Assembly (NCBI RefSeq): GCF_000281045.1
Contig: NW_008246068.1
Location: 1,393,110-1,425,332, forward strand
Direction of reading: 5' to 3'
From: Saprolegnia diclina VS20
Lineage: Eukaryota
Length of the DNA stretch: 32,223 nt
Shown: positions 1 to 8,274 of the stretch, in pieces
How positions within the stretch are numbered: position 1 is the stretch's first letter
Layout: each line of letters opens with the position of its first letter
Notes under the pieces: generated by a model
Database searches by the model: none
Seen by the model: the letters and a program-made list of their open reading frames with translations, nothing else
What the model was told of the DNA's origin: nothing
Made by a program: the position numbers and the translations under genes

Positions 1-1
1 C

Positions 2-85
2 AAGCGCGATCCAGGCTACGCGGCCATTCAAGGCATTGTCGGTCAGTTCCTCCCGTCGTCAGCTGGGCACACGCCATCAACATAA
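2..85 (+). CDS. Probable 3' end of a gene entering from the left edge (KRDPGYAAIQGIVGQFLPSSAGHTPST*)
   Basis: Open frame from position 2 to TAA at 83-85 with coding-like codons. Too short to identify. Confidence 0.4.
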   Translation, partial: KRDPGYAAIQGIVGQFLPSSAGHTPST

Positions 86-100
86 GCGAGCGAGCGACCT

Positions 101-1054
101 TTATTGATAGAGCTTGATGAGTTCGTCCGAGACGGCCGACGGCGTGAGGACACCGAGGTCCGTAAAGAGGAGCGAGATGTAGTGGGGCGGCGTGTAGTCG
201 CAGGACGGGCTACCGACCGTGAGGTTGGCCTGCGCCGTCGTCTTGGGCCGGCACGCGCACGCCGGGAGGTTGCTCATGTCGTCCTTGCGGCTGTGGGGAA
301 AGTCGCTCTGGTTGAGCGGGTAGAGACGCGCAAACTTGTAGCTCTCGGCCGCCACGTAAAACGGCTTCTTCATCGCATGCGCGATCATGGCGGCCGAGAA
401 GGTCCCGATCTTGTTGACAATGCCGCCGTTCTCGACGACGCCTTCGGCGCCGACAATCACCATGTCGACCTTCTCCATGTAGTAGCCCATGGCGGCGTCG
501 ACGATGACGGTCGTGGGGATGCCCGCCTTGGAGAGCACCTCGGCCGTCTTGTAGCCGGCGCCGTTCGGGCGGCCTTCGGTCACGAGCACCGAAAAGTGCT
601 TGGTCTTGGCGGCCTGGAGGAGGAGACCGGTCACGACGCGCGACGCGCCGTGCGTCAGCACCTGCATGCCGTCGCGCACAAAGTTGTGGCCAAGGTCGGC
701 GATGCGCTTCCGGCTCAAAAGCGACGTCTCGGCAAAGAGCTTGCCGCGGTCGATGAGCTGGCTCTTGCACTGGTCAAAGTCGTCAAACTCGAGGAAGCAG
801 CGCGTGACGTAGCGCAGGAAGAGCTGGCACACGGCCGTGACAGAGATGGACGAGAGCGCCTGCGTCGGCGCCGGCCCGTCGGCGGCCGCCTTGAGCTGCG
901 CCGCCGCTTCCGTGAGCGCGCTCTCGATCTCCATCATCGTGCTCGCGCTCGAGCGCTGGACGACGCCCGTGAGCGCCTTGATGACGGCCACCGCGATCGC
1001 CGAGTCGGGGTCCTGGAGGTACGCCAAGAAGTCGTCGACCACCTTGGTGCTCAT
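101..1054 (-). CDS. EIF2B1: Translation initiation factor eIF2B subunit alpha (GCN3-like), intronless, 317 aa
   Basis: IF-2B motifs LTHGASRVV, VTEGRP, VIVGAEGVVENGGIVNKIGT, AESYKFARLYPLNQ and C-terminal DYTPP..ISLLFTDLGVLTPSAVSDELIKLY. First ATG (MSTKVV) at 1054. Confidence 0.95.
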   Translation of the reverse strand: MSTKVVDDFLAYLQDPDSAIAVAVIKALTGVVQRSSASTMMEIESALTEAAAQLKAAADGPAPTQALSSISVTAVCQLFLRYVTRCFLEFDDFDQCKSQLIDRGKLFAETSLLSRKRIADLGHNFVRDGMQVLTHGASRVVTGLLLQAAKTKHFSVLVTEGRPNGAGYKTAEVLSKAGIPTTVIVDAAMGYYMEKVDMVIVGAEGVVENGGIVNKIGTFSAAMIAHAMKKPFYVAAESYKFARLYPLNQSDFPHSRKDDMSNLPACACRPKTTAQANLTVGSPSCDYTPPHYISLLFTDLGVLTPSAVSDELIKLYQ

Positions 1055-1065
1055 GGCGACTGTGC

Positions 1066-1080
1066 GGAAATTGCAACTGG
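1066..1080 (-). promoter_or_regulatory. Oomycete INR+FPR-like core promoter element upstream of eIF2B-alpha
   Basis: Minus strand reads CCAGTTGCAATTTCC, ending 11 nt upstream of the ATG. It resembles the oomycete initiator (YCAYTYY-like) followed by FPR (MWTTTNC). Confidence 0.45.
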
Positions 1081-1817
1081 CCACAAGACCAATAATCGAA
1101 TATGTCGTACCCCGGGGTACGCATTTCAAAACCAGTGCAAATTACACGATTTAATATTCTGTTTCAAGCCTTTCCCGATTCACGACCCAGAAGGCAGTGC
1201 GAGAAGACCGACACGGGTCCTAGGTCCTACACGCTCATAGAGAGAGAGCCATCGTATACACCCACGTTCTATTACACGATCCAATCAGCACCATCGTGAC
1301 CGATCGACAAACAGTGTATGGACCCAACCGCTGGATGCAACAGAAACGCTGAACGACGAGGAGGCAACGAGGAGGCCCAAGCCTACACCAAAGTATACAC
1401 CACGATCACTCTGTCTACAAACTACAAGACGAGTCCTCAGGCGAGGCGCGCAGCCGAATCGGCCCCAGTAACCTTACGGCATCGCCCTGCGATCTGGGCC
1501 AAGGACTACATTTGCCCTTGGACTCGGACTGCGGCGCTCGACCCGAGAATCTCGCAAGCGCGCAATTTACTGCAGTGGTTTCTACGGGAAAGGATGCCAA
1601 AATTGTTGACGTTTCTGCATGGCACTGGCCCTTTCGTCGACCCGACTGCGAAATTCCGTTTTCCCCGAAGCAAGATCATCGGTGAGGAGTTGAGCGCTGC
1701 TCTTCAAGGAAGAGAACGGGTGGCTTTTGTCGGTGGCCACACGCAAGGATACAGACGATATACGAATCTTAACGCGGCGAATGCACCAAAGCTGTTGCGT
1801 CAGCGCTGCTGTGCTTG

Positions 1818-4347
1818 CTATTGCACGTCGGCTTCACTAAATGCGAGCGACGTGAGGCAGTCGGGCGACGCCAAGTGTTCGAGGGCCGCTACACAATCCA
1901 TATACATCCATGCCAAAGCTTGAAAGATTGATACCTTCGTACGACGCGAGGTAGTAGCCGTTCTGGCCAATGCGCTTCTCGGGGTCGCAGAGAACGTTGA
2001 GGGCTTGGAGCAAGACGACGGGGTGTGCGAGGCGGCTCTGGACGATCACGTACATAAATACGGGCAAAAAGTCGTCCCCGCTCAAAACATCAGCGCCATC
2101 GTGCTCTTCCTGGTACACAATGTGCACGAGCATCGCGGCCTCGACGAGCCTCCGGTGCTTATCGAGCGGCAGCGTCATCGCGTCGATGTCCCGGAGCGTC
2201 TCGATCGGCCGCGCCCACGAGCTCACGCTAAGACGGTGCAGCGGGATCCCGAAAAAGCTCTGCGGTTTGGCGCGAAGTGCGTTCATGTGGCCTACAATCA
2301 CGCGCTCGCGGTCGGCGACAGACGACTGGAGGCGCGAGAGGAGCGGCGTGAGCACCGGAATGCACACCATCTCTTCGACTTCGTGTCGAATGGCGTCCGA
2401 TATCCACTCGTTCAGCACATCGTCGTCGTCGGGCGGCGACGGAAGAAGCGCCTTCATGTCGTGGAAGCGGTGGTCGAGCATGTACGACTGGACGTTGTCG
2501 AGACAGTCGCCAAGATCCTCGAGCGACTCGATGGCCATCTTCTTGAGGACTTTGCCTTCGGGCGTCGTGCCGTCGTTGAGGACGTGGAAGGCGTAGACAC
2601 GAAGCACGCGCGTCCACGGGAGCGTCGTCTTGCTGCTGAGCGTCGACGGCGACGGGAGGTTGAGAAATGACTGCAGCATCTGCAGCGCCGTCGCCCGGTC
2701 GCTCGTGAGAGGCGACGGCGTCACGAGCGACGCGACCAGCCGCAAATAGGCTTCGAGCAGCGGCTGGCGCTGCGACGCAAGACGCCAATCTTCCTTCTTG
2801 GCGACCGCGTGCCGAGTTGGAAAGGGAAAGGCGCTCACGCGCGCCGAGAGCGGGCTCAGCTACGAGACATGATAGAGATGAGACAACTTGACGGGCAGCG
2901 TACCTTGCGGTGGAGCTTGTGGAGCTCACGGAACCGCTTGCGCGTGACAACGACGACGCCCGTCTCGAGGTCGTTGGTGCGAATCTCATACTCCTACGTA
3001 CAGAGTGAGCGTCGAGTGCGGGCAACGACGAGCTTGCCGTGTGCTGTCCGACGAGCATTGTCTTGATGATGCGGATCGAGAGCGCTTGGCGAAGGCCTAC
3101 GCAGCGTCAAGCAGTGGTCGTTGCGTCGCCGGTGGTACCTTTGGCCTTGAGCACAAGCCCGTTCCACTCATGGTCGGTGATCGTCTCGGCGTTCATGTTG
3201 ACCGACGTGTCCATGAGCTACATCCATACTTACTACATGGTGCTTGTAGGAGGTCGTGTACCATTTTCGAAGGCTGCATCTTGCGCAGGATGAGCGACCG
3301 CAGCGTCTCGAGCTCTTGGCTGCTAATGAGTCCGTTGCGGTAGAGAACGCTCGCCTTGGAGAGGCAGTCGAGGACGCGGTGCGGTTCGCGGGTGCGAATT
3401 CGGTCTTCCGCGCCGACAATATCGAGTTTGCTTCGCTGCACACACATTACAGTGTATTTCTGACGCCACGAGGTACCTTGATGATTGTGAGCTGGCTAAA
3501 CAGTGTATCGGTGCGCGATTTCGGGCGCGTCTTCTTCTGCCGCAGCACCTCGGGGTTCGCGTTTGGATCCACAAACGCCATTCGCGCCTAAGACAAAGTA
3601 CATACAGGCGCACTACGTACGCGGCTACCTCGGGACCGTCGGTCGGCGGCGGCTTGGCCTCGTCGTCGTCGCTCATGACGCGAACAAACTCCTTGCCGTA
3701 GATCGTCCCGTCGTCTTCGGCGATCGTCGACGGGAGTGGGAGCAGCGACCGCGACGAGGCCATGTCAAAGTCGTCGATGCTCTCGCGGCCCGCGTCCTCG
3801 ACGTCCGTGTCGACGTCGCCCTCGGCGTCGAGGTAGCCCGGTACCTGCTTCGTATATGAGCTCAGTGCGAATATGGCGACGGAAACAACGCACACGGAGA
3901 AAGTCATCGGGGATCGGGTGCTTGGGGGTGTACTGGAGGTGCTTTGGCGGCTCGTAGAAGCTCAGTCGCTTGGACGCTTCTTCCTCTTCTTCCTCCATGC
4001 GCAGTACGGTCGTGATCGCGTCGTCGATGACATACTCTAAAGCATCCGATCATCATGATGGGTGGCAAGACGATGCACTGTATGGTACCATGCGCCTCGA
4101 GGATCGTCCGCAGCGAATCTTCCTCCCAGGATGGGAAGATGGACGTCAGCATGGCCAGGCAGCGCGCGATGATGGCCTCGCGCGACTCGGTCGATGATCC
4201 GCTCATCGACTCGGTTCGCTTGCGCGTGGCCGACTTGATATGGTCGCTCGACGAGCGCATCCACGGCGGCAGCAGAAGCTTGGCCTTCGCCTTGGCTTCC
4301 TCGGCCTTGCTCATCATGCGTCTTGCCTCGCCGGGGCGGAAGGCCAT
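1818..4347 (-). CDS. Multi-exon CUE + PX + VPS9 domain protein (putative Rab5-family GEF)
   Basis: Nine short introns give one continuous frame from ATG 4347 to TAG 1818 (e.g. 4037-4088, 3845-3893, 2994-3037). CUE: LTSIFPSWEEDSLRTILEAH|EYVIDDAITTVLRM. PX: HT|EYEIRT..RKRFRELHKLHRK|L..FPFP..RQPLLEAYLRLV. VPS9: PLDKHRRL..LSGDDFLPVFMYVIVQS..GYYLASYE|AALEHL. Confidence 0.85.
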
Positions 4348-4516
4348 GCTAAGGAGCGACTCGATTTGGTCGATGGCCAATTCGGGCGCAGACTCGCTCT
4401 GCAGGTTGCCGACTGACGATAAAAAGACGGTAAAATGAAACGTTTCCGGAAAAATGCCGTAAAACACGCTGCGTGAGCCAGTTTGAGCCATTTGCAAGGA
4501 GCCTCTACGACTGGCC

Positions 4517-5570
4517 ATGACGACGGAAGAAGCGATCGTCCGCGCCCGCATCGCAGCGCTCAAGAACGTCATCGCCGCCCGCGAAGGCGGCGCCGCAATG
4601 GTGCGCGCCGTGCCCAAGTACACTCGGCCGAGCGCCTACCCGCGGCCAGCATACGCGCCGTACCAGCCGCGCCGGCCGTTGCCAAAGTCCCGCAACTTGA
4701 CGTGGAAGGCGCCGGACGCGTCGCCGCCTGCTCCAGCGGTCCATGTGCGATCGATTCGTGATCCTTGTTGCGACGATGTCTCATGATGGCATCTGGCCTA
4801 GGCGGTGGCTCCGTTGCCGTACTGCCTCCCTCTTGCCGCGACGGCGTGCCCGACATCATCGCTCTGTGTAGGTCGCCGAGCCAGAATTACAACACGTCCA
4901 ACAGCACCGCGCCAGCTGCCGTCAAGCCGCGAAGCGCATTCACCGTTTCGCCGTACGCGCCTCCAAGGTCGTCGCGGTGTGCGAATGCGTGTCTTCCTTG
5001 TAGGTCGCCAGCCTCGGCGACCACGCGCACCGAGTACTGCCGCTACTACACTCGCTTTGGTACGATTCCGCTTGCGCTACCTCGTTGCGACGATGTGCCA
5101 TTAGGCGTCTGCAACAAGCAGAACGCATGCCCGTTCATCCACGACAGCCGCAAGGTGGCCGTGTGCCGCAAGTTTCTTCGCGGCGAATGCGACGATGCGG
5201 CGTGCACGCTGTCACATGTCCGCGACCAGGTAGATCGCATCTCGTCCTTGCTGGCGCTCACGCGACGTAGAACAAGATGCCAGTGTGTACACGCTTCCTA
5301 AAGGGGGTGTGCACACGGGAGGACTGCCCATTCCGGCACGTCAACGTCAGCCGTGACGCTGCGATCTGCGATGCGTTTGTGCGGGGCTACTGCCCCGACG
5401 GCGCCGACTGCCGCATGAAGCACGAGCTGCCAAAGAGCAGCAAGTCGTTTGGCGGCGAGGCGCTGGTTGGCCACGTCGCGCCGGCATCGCCCGTCGATGC
5501 CGCGCCGACGACCGAACCAGCGCTCTCGATCCGGCCCACGATTCGGTTCCAGCCGCGGGTAGCGCCGTGA
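4517..5570 (+). CDS. Tandem CCCH zinc-finger protein, ZC3H3/Red5-like (4 fingers), multi-exon
   Basis: Spliced sequence EYCRYYTRFG|VCNKQNACPFIHDSRKVAVCRKFLRGECDDAACTLSHVRDQ|NKMPVCTRFLKGVCTREDCPFRHVNVSRDAAICDAFVRGYCPDGADCRMKH matches the ZC3H3-type CCCH array. About 5 GT-AG introns. Confidence 0.85.
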
Positions 5571-5586
5571 GGAGCATCTACGAGTT

Positions 5587-6428
5587 CTAGTCTTTTTGTG
5601 TTAATGCATGCTGCGGTTTTGCCACGTTTCGATTACTGTGTTCGCGCGACTGGACCCGCTTGGCCGTCGCCGTCAGCGCGCGCTGCAAGCTCGTTGCGTC
5701 GACGCCGCGCCCGATCGTATTGATCAGCAGCCGCGTCCGCGCTTTGCCCGCGCCCGACTTGGAGGGCTCGACCACGAGCTTGACCTTTTGCCGCGTCATT
5801 GGCACTGACCTGGCCGTAGGCTTGGCGTCGGATTTGCGCTGGAGCTTGGCTCGGACACGGTCGGCCATGCTGGGCTCTGGGGCACTCGGGCCCTCTACAC
5901 ATCGGTAAGCGAGGCCTCTGGATGCGTCGCACCTGTCTCGGGCGGCAGGAGACGTGTGTTTGGACGCTCTGGTACGGAGGTAGTGTGGGCATGGGCGGCA
6001 GTGGTAGCATCGTCATCGGCGTCCTCATGCGTTGACGATGCTAGCAGAGCCGTCGGCTCGTCGCGCTCGAGGATGCGCTGGCGCCGGCGGCCTTGGTATG
6101 CCATGCGGAACTGGGATTGCAATACTGTGAGAAAAATATAAATCATTTATTTATACAATATATCAAATACAAGAGACGTACTCCGCCTGCTTCTTTCCCC
6201 CGCAGGCTGCTGTAGCGAGCCTCTCACGTAGGTACACGACCGTCTCTGCACACAAGAATACCGTCTCGTACAAGGACGCACGTACCTCGCGCGAGGTGCG
6301 CGCCGTGTGTCGAATGGTCGTACTCCACCCACGACTGTGTTCAAGTTGAAGTGTCTGTGTGCACGCCACCTAAGGCTGGGTCTGCAGGTGACGTCGACCC
6401 ATAGTTGGGTGTTTTTCAAATACGCCAT
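5587..6428 (-). CDS. Spliced hypothetical basic protein; start uncertain (ATG 6104 or 6428)
   Basis: GT-AG intron 5895-5932 joins MAYQGRRRQR...PPET in frame to EGPSAPEPSMADRVRAKLQRK. An AT-rich GTACGT...TTTTTCTCACAG intron (6125-6181) extends the frame to ATG 6428. No domain recognised. Confidence 0.55.
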
Positions 6429-6469
6429 GTATCGGATTCGATATGGAATTCCAGAGGTATGTATCTCGA

Positions 6470-6480
6470 CCAATGATTGG
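6470..6480. promoter_or_regulatory. Back-to-back CCAAT boxes (CCAATGATTGG) in the divergent promoter of UTP15 and the hypothetical gene
   Basis: CCAAT on both strands within 11 nt, 76 nt upstream of the UTP15 ATG. CCAAT boxes are known oomycete promoter elements. Confidence 0.45.
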
Positions 6481-6556
6481 ACCTTTGGCCAACCACTGGC
6501 CAGCAGTCTTATTGGAGTCGGCCTCAAACTTCAAGAAGCACCCGCGCCCGCCCAAG

Positions 6557-8083
6557 ATGGAGTTCAAGAAGCTGCCCTTGAAGCACTTCCCGACGGCGAC
6601 CAAGCAGTCGTCGCCGGAGAAGACGTACTGGACCAAGCTCCGTGCGCCGACGGAGCTGCCGCAGGTCGCGGCAGTCACCTGCATTGATGCGAGCCCGGTC
6701 GCGCCCTTTGACTTTGCGGCCGCGACCTCGACGCGCGTCCAGCTCTACGGCACGAGTAACAACGACGTCAAGAAGACGTTTTCGCGCTTCCATGACGTCG
6801 TGTACTCGGCGTCTTTTCGCAGCGACGGAAAGCTCCTCGTGACGGGCAATGCCAACAGCCAAGTCGCGGTCCTCGACGTTGGCTCGCGCACGGTGCTGCG
6901 TAACCTCAACGGCCACAAGGGCGCCGTCCGCGCGGCCAAGTTCTCGAACGACAACGTGCACATCTTCTCGGCCTCGGATGACAAGACGTGCCGGCTCTGG
7001 GACCTCGCGACCGGGTCGCCCGTCGCGGTCTACGGCGAACACACGGATTACGTCCGCGTCTGCGCGCCGCACCCGACGTCAACCAACGTCTGGGCGTCGG
7101 CGTCGTACGATCACACGGTCAAGCTCTGGGACACGCGCAGCGCGAACCCCAAGTCGACGCTGTCGATGGACCACGGGTCGCCGGTCGAGGCGTGCGTCAT
7201 GCTGCCGGGCGGCAACCTCCTCATCTCGGCGGGCTCGAACGAAATCAAGGTCTGGGACCTCCTCACGGGCGGGAAGCTTTTGCATTCGTTTTCTTCGCAT
7301 CAGAAGACGATCACGTGCTTGGCGCTCGACGGCCAGAAGACTCGCCTTCTCTCCGGCTCGCTCGACGGCCATGTCAAGATCTACGACCTCGCATCGTACG
7401 AGGTTGTGCACGGCTTCAAGTACAAGCAGGGTGTGCTCTCACTGGCCATGACGCCGTCCAACTCGCACCTCGCGGTCGGTACGGCCGACGGCGTCCTCAC
7501 GGTCCGCAAGCGCATGGTCACAGAGGCCAACGCGATCAAGCTCGACGAAGAAGTCCCGGCGCCCCGCGGCGGCTCGTACAAGTATTTCCTGCGCGGGTCG
7601 CAGGCCAAGCCCACGGACGCTGACCACGTCGTGACCGCGCGCCGCAACGTCCGCTGCGCGCCGTACGAGAAGGCGCTGCGTGCGTTCGACTACCGCAAGG
7701 CGCTGGACGACGCGCTCGACACGCGCGACCCGACGGTCGTTGCAAGCATGCTCGAGGAGCTCCGGCTTCGGTCGGGCTGGCACAAGGCGCTGACGTACCG
7801 CACGGAAGAGACGCTGGAGCCGCTCCTCTCGTTCTGCAACCGGTATGTGACCGACCCCAAGTACGCGCCGCTGCTCATTCGCGTCTGCACGTACCTCATC
7901 GAGCTCTACAGCCCGTTGCTGGGCACCAACCAGTCGAGCGTCGTGCTCGAAGGCCTCTTCTTCAAGCTCCAGGCCAAGATCAAGGAGGAGTTGGCGACGC
8001 AGGCCTCGATCCTCAGCGTCATGGGCATGGTCGAGTCGGTCATGACAGCACAGACGACGACGACGGCGACGACGGACGCGTAA
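6557..8083 (+). CDS. UTP15: U3 snoRNA-associated protein 15 (WD40 repeats + UTP15_C), intronless
   Basis: KTFSRFHDVVYSASFRSDGKLLVTG, HTDYVR, SASYDHTVKLWDTR, DHGSPVE, HQKTITCL, LLSGSLDGHVKIYD. C-terminal YEKALRAFDYRKALD..VVASMLEELRLR..LEPLLSF. Likely start MEFKKL at 6557. Confidence 0.92.
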   Translation: MEFKKLPLKHFPTATKQSSPEKTYWTKLRAPTELPQVAAVTCIDASPVAPFDFAAATSTRVQLYGTSNNDVKKTFSRFHDVVYSASFRSDGKLLVTGNANSQVAVLDVGSRTVLRNLNGHKGAVRAAKFSNDNVHIFSASDDKTCRLWDLATGSPVAVYGEHTDYVRVCAPHPTSTNVWASASYDHTVKLWDTRSANPKSTLSMDHGSPVEACVMLPGGNLLISAGSNEIKVWDLLTGGKLLHSFSSHQKTITCLALDGQKTRLLSGSLDGHVKIYDLASYEVVHGFKYKQGVLSLAMTPSNSHLAVGTADGVLTVRKRMVTEANAIKLDEEVPAPRGGSYKYFLRGSQAKPTDADHVVTARRNVRCAPYEKALRAFDYRKALDDALDTRDPTVVASMLEELRLRSGWHKALTYRTEETLEPLLSFCNRYVTDPKYAPLLIRVCTYLIELYSPLLGTNQSSVVLEGLFFKLQAKIKEELATQASILSVMGMVESVMTAQTTTTATTDA

Positions 8084-8274
8084 ACCTCCCATATTATATA
8101 GTACTACGACCCCTCTCTCGCCGTGTCTTCCGTCACATCGCAAGGCAAGATGCTCGTCTGGTCCGTCAAAGGTGGTACGTCCGTCATGACCGGTTGCATC
8201 CTGCGTCACCATGCGTCATACAACCACCACAGCATCATCAAGCAATTGGGCATCACATATTACGAGTCTTCTCC

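Noticed and set aside
104..1240. 378-aa plus-strand ORF opposite eIF2B-alpha
   Set aside because: Antisense shadow caused by high GC3 codon bias. No motifs, and the real gene is on the minus strand.
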